A stretch of DNA of 64,000 nt from a virus. The DNA lies in the IMG/VR virus record IMGVR_UViG_3300045988_109366, positions 85,042-149,041 of that record. One strand, 5' to 3'. The position numbers and the translations under genes were made by a program. Positions 8,154 to 15,886 of this stretch are shown one piece after another. The notes beneath the pieces are model-generated. The model worked only from the letters and a program-made list of their open reading frames with translations. It did no database searches and was not told the origin of the DNA. The stretch's first letter is position 1, and each line of letters starts with the position of its first letter.

Positions 8154-8202
8154 TTTATTCAAAGATCTATAAATTGTATATAATTACCAAACAATATTTT
8201 AG

Positions 8203-8268
8203 CGAATCCGGCTGGAATCGAACCAGCATCTCCAATATTATGGTAATCATCCAATGATCCTCGGATCC
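8203..8268 (-). tRNA. tRNA-like sequence, possible pseudo-tRNA (anticodon arm not foldable)
   Basis: Acceptor is GGATCCG/CGGATTC, the D arm is GATC-ATTGGAT-GATT, and the T arm is GCTGG-TTCGATT-CCAGC. Only 16 nt remain where an anticodon arm plus variable loop is needed, for 66 nt total. Confidence 0.4.
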
Positions 8269-8349
8269 ATATGTCCCGATCCTCCCGGACAAGGACATCA
8301 AACAAAATCTAAACTCTAAATCTAATGACAAATTATATTAATCCAACTG

Positions 8350-8423
8350 TGGACCCGGCCGGGCTTGAACCGACAACCTTCTGGTTATGAGCCAATTGCT
8401 CTTACCGATTGAGCTACGGGTCC
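8350..8423 (-). tRNA. tRNA-Met/Ile2-type (anticodon CAT)
   Basis: 74-nt cloverleaf: acceptor GGACCCG/CGGGTCC, D arm GCTC-AATCGGTAA-GAGC, anticodon loop CTCATAA, T arm GTCGG-TTCAAGC-CCGGC, discriminator A. No encoded CCA. Confidence 0.85.
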
Positions 8424-8490
8424 TAAATACACCACATCGTCTTTCACAAGAGGATGTGGGACGGAATTTCTCGAAGTTTATATAGTAATA

Positions 8491-9090
8491 TCATGAAACT
8501 ATTGTCCAACATTCTAGCATATAGCACCAATCATCGAACGGGAACGTCTCTACACCAGACCTACCCCATCCCGTCCCCCAACTGTTCTGTAGGACGAAGC
8601 CGGCCTTGTCCCATCCGGTGAGGATAACGGCATGACCTCCCAAGTTCTGTCCTTGGCCTTGCCAGAACCGATTACCATAATTATAGCAATACAGACCTAT
8701 AACCAGAGGCCCATTCAGCATCAACGCTACCTTAGCTGATACCGGATCTATGATCCTAGCGTAACTGTTTATTTTCTCCCCATCTACGCCTACGTTCTTG
8801 ATAGACTTGATAGCGTCACGAAGAACCATCCCGTCCTGGCCCTTATCCTCTCTCAGATCATATATATCGTAAGGAGATATTTTAGCTGGTCTTTTGATAT
8901 CCTTTATAGCTTTTCTCCAGTTAAGGATCTCAGCTAAGCTTACGGCTGCGCAAATAGGAGAAGATCCTTGATCCACTACGCTATCGACATTATTGATCTT
9001 ATACTCATCAGGAACAGCCTCATGTTGCATATTCATGATAGCGTCCCTATCATCCGCTGGTGATGGTATGTAACCTAGTCCGTAACTCAT
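8491..9090 (-). CDS. papain-like (C1 family) cysteine peptidase
   Basis: QGSSPICAAVS supplies the catalytic Gln and Cys, GGHAVILTGW the His, and LQNSWGTGWG the Asn-Ser-Trp, in C1 order. Confidence 0.8.
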   Translation of the reverse strand: MSYGLGYIPSPADDRDAIMNMQHEAVPDEYKINNVDSVVDQGSSPICAAVSLAEILNWRKAIKDIKRPAKISPYDIYDLREDKGQDGMVLRDAIKSIKNVGVDGEKINSYARIIDPVSAKVALMLNGPLVIGLYCYNYGNRFWQGQGQNLGGHAVILTGWDKAGFVLQNSWGTGWGRSGVETFPFDDWCYMLECWTIVS

Positions 9091-9401
9091 TTTTTATCTT
9101 TTTTATGATAATCAATTATCTTGATATTAAACGTATCGGATCTTTGCCTAACCTGTATTGACCCTCTAGCTTTTCCCTTGGCGTCGTACAGGGCGGTGAA
9201 ACCAAAGTTATCGACCCGGCCGTCATCCAGCGTAAACCTCCACTCCTTCCATTGGCCCATCACGGTTCCGGAAGATACTATGGAATCCACCACATAAGAT
9301 ATATCAGTAGTATCGTACTCCGTATAATAGGTTCTAGATGTACTACATCCGACATCCGCTAAGGTAAATAACATTAACAAGAAAAACAAGATCTTATTCA
9401 T
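9087..9401 (-). CDS. putative lipoprotein
   Basis: The internal start MNKILFFLLMLFTLADVGCS gives a signal peptide plus lipobox Cys. The track ORF extends to 9461, but that part overlaps the upstream gene. Confidence 0.6.
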   Translation of the reverse strand: MNKILFFLLMLFTLADVGCSTSRTYYTEYDTTDISYVVDSIVSSGTVMGQWKEWRFTLDDGRVDNFGFTALYDAKGKARGSIQVRQRSDTFNIKIIDYHKKDKK

Positions 9402-10050
9402 TTTTCTTAGTCTTTTTACGTTTCTTAGATTTCTTCTTCTCCTCAGTTTTATTCTCGACATTTACGTCATTGCCGGCATCGGTACCAGTAACCTCAGGGG
9501 CGTTATTTTCAGGTATATCGATATGACCTGAATTAGGGTCCATCTTATCCTCCTCAACAATAACCTCATCAGCCACATCACCATCTAAAGCCTCAGGATC
9601 AATATGATTTTCCAGATACTGGATACGATCTGACATAGCCTTATTTTGCTCCTCTATTTCCTTGTACCTTCTTCTAGCCTCATCGAGTAATTTAGATGAT
9701 AGTTTATGTTTCTTCTCTATATCCATATAAGCCCGTTTAAGAGTCTCTTTCTCTTTTACCGACTCATTATATAGCTCTCTTGATTTACTAAGCTCATTCC
9801 CCATCTTAACTATATGAGAATCCTTTGATTCTATATCCATATCAAGAGAATCCACAAGCGTATTAAGATATCTTTCTTTTTCCTCCAATTCCGTTATCTT
9901 ACTACGAGCATCCTCATAATTTCTTTTTAATCTACTTGAATAGCTAATAGCTTCATCAAGATCCTGTTTTAGAGTATTTATATAACTACTCTTTACTATC
10001 TTCAATCCGAACATCCTCAACACTGTTATAAGTTTTACGAATATCGGCAT
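9394..10050 (-). CDS. coiled-coil protein with Lys-rich C-terminus
   Basis: 218-aa ORF with heptad-like charged sequence. The start is uncertain because of overlap with 9986..10534. Confidence 0.55.
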   Translation of the reverse strand: MPIFVKLITVLRMFGLKIVKSSYINTLKQDLDEAISYSSRLKRNYEDARSKITELEEKERYLNTLVDSLDMDIESKDSHIVKMGNELSKSRELYNESVKEKETLKRAYMDIEKKHKLSSKLLDEARRRYKEIEEQNKAMSDRIQYLENHIDPEALDGDVADEVIVEEDKMDPNSGHIDIPENNAPEVTGTDAGNDVNVENKTEEKKKSKKRKKTKKNE

Positions 10051-10534
10051 TTATCTTACCGACTATAATTAACTCAGCTATATGTTTATCTTTCTCGACT
10101 ATAGCCATATCCTTACGGACATTAGTGACCCTGATCATGATATTCCCGTTATTAGACGAGACGAACGGTGATCCCACCAAAGTAAGTCCCGTATCGCCGG
10201 TAAACGACGGCAGCATCATCAACACCCCTATGGTATTATCCGGGAACGATGCCCACACCCCTGTGTCTATATCAAGGACATCACCCTGCCCTAATGGGAA
10301 GGCATTACCCTGCTTGATAGGAATATCCTTACCCAACGAGTTCCATGCTTTCGAGAATCTTACGGAGTTAAGGAAGATCTTTCCCTCTTTCTCCACCATC
10401 CCTACCATAGGTTCGCAATTCAATCTAACCTCGTTTTGTTTATCATCCGGCTTCTCCTCAAGCTCATCAAGATCTCTGGCTGATGTAAATGACTTACTCT
10501 CCAGAAGTTTTTTGATATCTTCAATCGTAGCCAT
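9986..10534 (-). CDS. hypothetical protein (weak resemblance to dUTPase-like beta-barrel)
   Basis: 182 aa. The segment GVLMMLPSFTGDTGLTLVGSPFVSSNNGNIMIRVTNV...IAELI loosely recalls the dUTPase or dCTP-deaminase fold but has no catalytic motifs. Confidence 0.5.
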   Translation of the reverse strand: MATIEDIKKLLESKSFTSARDLDELEEKPDDKQNEVRLNCEPMVGMVEKEGKIFLNSVRFSKAWNSLGKDIPIKQGNAFPLGQGDVLDIDTGVWASFPDNTIGVLMMLPSFTGDTGLTLVGSPFVSSNNGNIMIRVTNVRKDMAIVEKDKHIAELIIVGKINADIRKTYNSVEDVRIEDSKE

Positions 10535-10535
10535 A

Positions 10536-10796
10536 CTATAATTTTATTATTAAATAAACGATCTTCAATCCTAACTTCAAATCAGATGTCTTTTCGAACA
10601 TCTCCCTAAGAGGTAAGATAGTAGCGTCAAGATCTGACGCTACCCATTCTCCATCCTTATAATACATATTCTTTTCCTCGGAATACGCTACACAAGGTCG
10701 ATGCCCTAAGTTCTTCATAACCGTATCTACCTTATTTTGGGTAGGCATCGAGACACGGTTCACTTTAGTAGATATATTAAAATTACTTTCTATCAT
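10536..10796 (-). CDS. hypothetical protein
   Basis: 86-aa ORF in the operon. Confidence 0.5.
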   Translation of the reverse strand: MIESNFNISTKVNRVSMPTQNKVDTVMKNLGHRPCVAYSEEKNMYYKDGEWVASDLDATILPLREMFEKTSDLKLGLKIVYLIIKL

Positions 10797-10978
10797 AAAT
10801 CAAATTCTACATATTTATAATCAACATTATTTATCTCAAATATCTTATCCATAAATATTCTATGTTTCTCTTTAGTATCAAGAAGATTCTCACCATAAAA
10901 GAAAAATCTATTTTCATTATCCAATTTTAGATATTTATGAATACTCTTCTTGATAAAATAAACCCGCTTTTTAAACAA
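10793..10978 (-). CDS. C-terminal (-1 frame) part of an HNH-like endonuclease gene
   Basis: Contains YFIKKSIHKYL, which would complete the HH...H pattern begun in ORF 10927..11304. The two frames overlap at a T_TTA_AAA heptamer. Confidence 0.4.
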   Translation of the reverse strand: MFKKRVYFIKKSIHKYLKLDNENRFFFYGENLLDTKEKHRIFMDKIFEINNVDYKYVEFDL

Positions 10979-11304
10979 TCATAATCCCAATGATGAGCTT
11001 CTTTGTATTTTAAATCAAATCCTCTTGATCTTAATGACCTACTTAAACCTTTATATACACAAGATTTTGTTTTATAATTTTTACTATGCTTACTTGCATA
11101 TCCAAGCCTCTTATACTTTTCTCTTCCTCTTTCCCTTTCTTTATCTACAAAATCGGGATTTTTGATATTATCATTATATTTATCATGAACATCTTTTTTA
11201 GCGCACTCCTTACACTTATTAAAATGTCCATCTTTCATTTTAGGATGCTTATAAAACTCATCTATGGATTTTATTTTACCACATTTGAAACAAACCTTAT
11301 CCAT
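10927..11304 (-). CDS. Zn-ribbon / HNH-like homing endonuclease, N-terminal (0 frame) part
   Basis: CFKCGKIKSIDEFYKH...DGHFNKCKECAKK is the Cys4 N-terminus I associate with phage HNH endonucleases. EAHHWDYD sits near the end. Confidence 0.5.
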   Translation of the reverse strand: MDKVCFKCGKIKSIDEFYKHPKMKDGHFNKCKECAKKDVHDKYNDNIKNPDFVDKERERGREKYKRLGYASKHSKNYKTKSCVYKGLSRSLRSRGFDLKYKEAHHWDYDCLKSGFILSRRVFINI

Positions 11305-11309
11305 ATAAA

Positions 11310-12137
11310 TCAGAAAGGAAGATCATTGTCATCTCCAAAAGGAGGATATTGAGGAGGTTGTTGTTGACCTCCAAAAAAAGGTGCTTGGGCTGTCTGAGGC
11401 GGAGCCTGCTGGTATGATGGAGGAGGCGTCTGCGGCTGGGCTTGCGGCTGATATGACGGTGGGGGCGTTTGCGTTGTAGCCTCACCAACGTTGTTTTGGC
11501 TTGCCGACTGAGCGGGTTTCACCCCATCTGTCTTAATGCTTTGAATGTATTTATTAAGTACCTGATAGGCGAAAGCATCTTGGGCAGTATAATCAAACTT
11601 CTTATTCCCCATTATATCAGTACTCTCAACTCTGTCAGGCCATCCATTCTGCCCATTCTTATAATATTGCTGTATAAGCTCATCCCTTCCATCAGGAGTC
11701 TCCCTTGCGTATGAGATAAAGAAATTACAGGGAGCATATTGATCCCCTTTCTTAGCATGAGCAGGATTGATCACTACCTTACGTTTCAGGTCGATATTAG
11801 GCAAGTACCTTACCAGTGACTTCACGTAATTATTAATACCTCCTTTTTGAGTCACCAAAGGAACGTTTATAAAGTAATTACCATCCTCATCACTTATCTT
11901 TATGGATAAGTATTTGGCGTTTATTCCATTGAACTCCACGTCTCTTACGCTAATATCAGACAAATAACCTTCGATACCGTTCCAGAACACCCTCCAATAA
12001 GAAACGGCCCCGGTCTTCTCGTTTATATGCTCCTCGAAACCTTCCTTTGGTTCTCTTGATGACTGATATAATAATCCGCTACCACTTACTTTAAAGTAAT
12101 GGTTATTACCACCTGATGAATTTTCTCTAACTCCCAT
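11310..12137 (-). CDS. ssb: single-stranded DNA-binding protein
   Basis: A P/Q-rich flexible linker is followed by the acidic C-terminal tip GDDNDLPF (compare bacterial SSB DDDIPF). It lies in the replication module. Confidence 0.7.
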   Translation of the reverse strand: MGVRENSSGGNNHYFKVSGSGLLYQSSREPKEGFEEHINEKTGAVSYWRVFWNGIEGYLSDISVRDVEFNGINAKYLSIKISDEDGNYFINVPLVTQKGGINNYVKSLVRYLPNIDLKRKVVINPAHAKKGDQYAPCNFFISYARETPDGRDELIQQYYKNGQNGWPDRVESTDIMGNKKFDYTAQDAFAYQVLNKYIQSIKTDGVKPAQSASQNNVGEATTQTPPPSYQPQAQPQTPPPSYQQAPPQTAQAPFFGGQQQPPQYPPFGDDNDLPF

Positions 12138-12155
12138 TTTATATATATTTAAAAA

Positions 12156-13256
12156 TTAAACAATAATTGATGATGATAAGAAATACTCGTTCTTATTATC
12201 CTCCCCATAAATCTTGTTGAAATGAGATTTATGGTCATGCTCGATAACGATCCTATTCCATGGTATGCTTTTAACTATACCAAGATACCTACCACATAGC
12301 ACATCGCATATAATATCATTACCGTTATGCGATAAAGCCGTAAGCCTTTCCTTACAAGATCTTCCAGACATAGGGTTCTCTGACATAATACCGCATCCTT
12401 TTTCAGTGAATATCAACTTACAATGATCAAACTCATTTACCTTAATATTATTTTGGAGGGCCTGGACGAGTAGATCCTTATCAAAGACATAGGTACTTGT
12501 TTTGACAAAATGCTCGTCCACGAACCTCCAATTTGGATAATTACCCTCAAAATGGGTCTCATACATATCCATATCAGGCGTAGAGAAATAAGTCTTAGTA
12601 TCATCCACTTTTATAGACAACATATCCGATGACTTATTGATATGCTTATCAAGCAATATCGCGGATTCGTTCGATACCGGGATAAACATCTTCTCTACCT
12701 TATCCTGATTAGGGACAAAATACCTGTAAATAGTATTTCTATCCGTACTTACTATATTAATATTAATATCATCAATATCAATAACCACATTCTCGATGCA
12801 TGGATAAAAGTCATCTACCTCCGTATAATCGCTGGCTTTGTTAAGAACCGAAACATAATCGCTCATCTTAACCTTAATTCCTCCATCAAGTATCTTATGT
12901 ACCTGCGGGAATGTATTGATATCAAAAGCCGGACAACTATACTCACCAGAAGCGTAGTGGATCGTGATCTGATCTTTTCTATCCGAAAGCAGTATCGTAA
13001 TCTCACAATTCTTCTGTTTTTTCATGAACTTAATAAAAGAGCTTGCCTCTACCAAGAAAGAGAAGTTAGAGTCAGCCTCGACCTCCAATCGCTCTATAAC
13101 ACATACCTTGGCATTTACGGAAGTGATATAAGCCAGATTATTGACAACATCTATCTTAAGATCCTTATAAAGGGAGTTGGAACCGGCGTTCTTAACCACC
13201 GTCTCCAGTTTACCCAACTTCTCATTTAATGACTTCGACAAGCACTTCAATACCAT
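12156..13256 (-). CDS. DNA polymerase sliding-clamp (beta/DnaN-like) protein
   Basis: 366 aa. The N-terminal pattern, including ...SGEYSCPAFDINTFPQV, parallels the end of DnaN domain 1 (..FSLSTLPAADFPNL). Size fits a three-domain clamp. Confidence 0.55.
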   Translation of the reverse strand: MVLKCLSKSLNEKLGKLETVVKNAGSNSLYKDLKIDVVNNLAYITSVNAKVCVIERLEVEADSNFSFLVEASSFIKFMKKQKNCEITILLSDRKDQITIHYASGEYSCPAFDINTFPQVHKILDGGIKVKMSDYVSVLNKASDYTEVDDFYPCIENVVIDIDDININIVSTDRNTIYRYFVPNQDKVEKMFIPVSNESAILLDKHINKSSDMLSIKVDDTKTYFSTPDMDMYETHFEGNYPNWRFVDEHFVKTSTYVFDKDLLVQALQNNIKVNEFDHCKLIFTEKGCGIMSENPMSGRSCKERLTALSHNGNDIICDVLCGRYLGIVKSIPWNRIVIEHDHKSHFNKIYGEDNKNEYFLSSSIIV

Positions 13257-13636
13257 ATAACATATTTTATTTGTTTATCATCCATAATTCATGTACAAGC
13301 TTTATAAAAATCATACTCCGAAACCGGAAATGATTCCGGAGTATGAATCCCGATTATGGGATAAATCAGGATAAAAATCCTGTTAGTACCCATCGCCAAT
13401 GTTACCAAAGGTTTCATACAAGCAGCACTGTTTTGCCGAATACGCTACTCCTGTTTAACCACTTGCCTTAGAGCCTTGGGCTTGGATAAACACCCTAGGG
13501 TAACTATACATTCTAAGGTAACGTAGTGCTCTAAGCACTTAGGCTAATAACCTGACCGTTTCCGGTATATGTAAAATATTTTTCAACATCTTACATATTA
13601 TCCGAGGTTATAATAAACAACTTTTACATGACATTG

Positions 13637-13644
13637 CAAATATA
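13637..13644 (-). promoter_or_regulatory. Bacteroidetes-type -7 box (TATATTTG on minus strand)
   Basis: Plus strand CAAATATA lies within ATTGCAAATATAAT. It sits about 380 nt upstream of the clamp start codon. Confidence 0.4.
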
Positions 13645-13687
13645 ATCATAATTATATTAATACAAATATAATAAATACTTAATAGTA

Positions 13688-14272
13688 TTAAAATAATTTA
13701 AACTTACGTCTAATATACTCGGCTATAAGCGTAGCGTCACACATTCCGTCTTGTATCTTAGTAGGTTGTATTCCTTTTCCTGACCATGGTTTCACGAAAG
13801 AGACCAAAGGGAAAAGGCGTATGGCGCATCGGATGGAGGTAGCTTTCGTATCTAACTTCGCCGCCGTATACACCCGATCGGCTGTCGTATGAAGCTCCTT
13901 CTGCCAGGTCTTTGGCTGTACCTCCTCGAACATGAACCTAACATCCGGGTGAGATCCGTATCGCTCCATCATCTCCACCATCATAGCGAATAGGGCGTTC
14001 GGTTCCCGGCGTCTCCCGCCAAAGGTGAAGTTGCTGGCGGCCGAGCTGTTGTGGATGCTGTGGACGTCCTCGACGGCGATCGCCAGCGTCCCGCCTCCCT
14101 CTTCTTGGATCTTGTCAGCGGCATCTAGGAGGAAGCTTGATATAGCCCTAAGGTCTATATCCCCCTTAGCCGATATCCTTGGAGTCATAATTACCTTAAT
14201 ATCCCCGTTCTCCGGGATCATGGACAATCCTCCGGTGTCTATACCCGGATCTATGCCTATTGATATATTCAT
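13688..14272 (-). CDS. RuvC-like Holliday junction resolvase
   Basis: N-terminal IGIDPGIDTGG, mid AVEDV and C-terminal DGMCDATLIAEY match the acidic catalytic positions of the RuvC fold. Confidence 0.7.
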   Translation of the reverse strand: MNISIGIDPGIDTGGLSMIPENGDIKVIMTPRISAKGDIDLRAISSFLLDAADKIQEEGGGTLAIAVEDVHSIHNSSAASNFTFGGRRREPNALFAMMVEMMERYGSHPDVRFMFEEVQPKTWQKELHTTADRVYTAAKLDTKATSIRCAIRLFPLVSFVKPWSGKGIQPTKIQDGMCDATLIAEYIRRKFKLF

Positions 14273-14535
14273 AACTTCAACGTATATAATGAATGGAAAT
14301 CCTCCGGTCTAAACACCTGTAATGAGTTATCCGGATACATACCTATATAATAACCGTAAAAAGCCCGTAGAATGCCATTTTCTAGCCTTATATCCAAAGC
14401 CTTTACCTTGTGACCGTCAACCATCACATCAAGCTCCTTGGTTCTTTGGGATATCTTATCAAACCATTCAGGTATAGGATCAATCCCGTACCTGAATGCG
14501 TTTACTGTTGATTTTATCGATATATATGTTCCCAT
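14269..14535 (-). CDS. hypothetical protein
   Basis: 88-aa ORF with start and stop overlaps to its neighbours. Confidence 0.5.
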   Translation of the reverse strand: MGTYISIKSTVNAFRYGIDPIPEWFDKISQRTKELDVMVDGHKVKALDIRLENGILRAFYGYYIGMYPDNSLQVFRPEDFHSLYTLKL

Positions 14536-14537
14536 GA

Positions 14538-14897
14538 TCAGATAAGATTACAATCGTCACGTTTAACAACCTTAAAATCACCATTGCGAAGGAATATCGC
14601 CACATCAGATCTCGTATACGTAAGAGGTGTATACGATACCAAATGATAAGATGCCTGCCCGACGGCGGGGCGAACCGGTCTCAATACGGCTATGGCTATA
14701 TCTCCGCCAAGTTCCGTGCCACCGGTGACACCCTGTAGGCACATAAAGATATATCCCTCAAACTCATGTTTCTTACCAATAAACTCACTCATAGGGATAC
14801 CTACGAACAAATAGTTCTTTACATCCTCTTTCTTAACATCAGCGGCGTTCTCTACGCTGGATGGTATTACGTCTACAAATTTTACTCCTATTGCCAT
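14538..14897 (-). CDS. hypothetical protein
   Basis: 119-aa ORF, tightly packed in the operon. Confidence 0.5.
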   Translation of the reverse strand: MAIGVKFVDVIPSSVENAADVKKEDVKNYLFVGIPMSEFIGKKHEFEGYIFMCLQGVTGGTELGGDIAIAVLRPVRPAVGQASYHLVSYTPLTYTRSDVAIFLRNGDFKVVKRDDCNLI

Positions 14898-14899
14898 GA

Positions 14900-15886
14900 T
14901 TACAAATTCAATTTAGTTCTTAATTCTTGACACAATTCTTGATTATCTCTCATGATACTTAACGTATTATCGACTCCGTTCCCTACACGAACATCCCCGT
15001 ACCAGTACCATGATCCTTTACGGGTAAAGATACCGGTTTCCTCGCATAACTTCAAAAGTTCAAGTTCCTTATCAAACCCCACGCCATAATACAAGGCTGT
15101 CTCTGCTATTTGGAACGGAACGGCTGTCTTGTTCTTCAGCACCTTTATCCTAACCTCATGACCTACTGAAGATCCGTCCTCTCCTAATATAACCTTCTTT
15201 CTCGCCATCTCCATACGGATAGAGGCATAGAACTTAAGGGCGTTACCTCCGGTCGTCACCTTAGGATCGCCGTATATAACACCGATCTTCTCCCGGTACT
15301 GATTGATGAATACCAGAACGCAATCGCTTTTGTTAACGATACCGGTAAGGACTCTCATGGCTTTAGACATCAAACGAGCCTGCAATCCCATGTTGCTGTC
15401 TTCCATATCGCCCTCTATCTCCTTCTTCGGTACCAGATTGGCTACAGAATCTACGACAATAAATCCGACCTTCCCGGATTCGACTAACTTGGCTGTGATG
15501 TCAATAGCCAGCTCCCCGTAGCTTGGTTGGGAGATCAAAAACCGGTTTATATCCAACCCCATTTTCCTAGCGTACTCAATATCGAAAGCGTTCTCCACGT
15601 CTATTATAGCTACTAGCTTATCTGGATGTTTTTTCTGGAACTCGATCATACTTAACGTACACATCATAGTCTTGCCACAAGATTCCATCCCGACCAGCTC
15701 ATGAATCCGGCCTACCGCCCATCCGCCGCCTAGGGCCTTATCCACCACCAGCGATCCAGTGCTTTCCCTTGGTATGGATATTATAGGCTTATCATCGCCG
15801 AAGTTCATTATCGAGCCTTCTCCAAGCTCTTTATTTAAAGATGATACTAATTCATCTACGTCTGAAAAAAGTTCTTTCTTAGCCAT
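14900..15886 (-). CDS. recA: RecA-family recombinase
   Basis: Walker A GMESCGKT, Walker B-like FIVVDSVANL, and QARLMSKAMR, NQYREKIG and GGNALKFYASIRM match conserved RecA blocks. Confidence 0.9.
   Translation of the reverse strand: MAKKELFSDVDELVSSLNKELGEGSIMNFGDDKPIISIPRESTGSLVVDKALGGGWAVGRIHELVGMESCGKTMMCTLSMIEFQKKHPDKLVAIIDVENAFDIEYARKMGLDINRFLISQPSYGELAIDITAKLVESGKVGFIVVDSVANLVPKKEIEGDMEDSNMGLQARLMSKAMRVLTGIVNKSDCVLVFINQYREKIGVIYGDPKVTTGGNALKFYASIRMEMARKKVILGEDGSSVGHEVRIKVLKNKTAVPFQIAETALYYGVGFDKELELLKLCEETGIFTRKGSWYWYGDVRVGNGVDNTLSIMRDNQELCQELRTKLNL

Noticed and set aside
12642-13229. 195-aa plus-strand ORF antisense to the clamp-like gene. Similar antisense ORFs occur at 48005..48790, 43209..43838, 22126..22713, 25148..25758 and 38755..39303.
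   Set aside because: Each is fully contained in a longer gene with recognisable motifs on the opposite strand, and their translations are Ile/Leu/Ser-rich, typical of antisense frames in AT-rich DNA.
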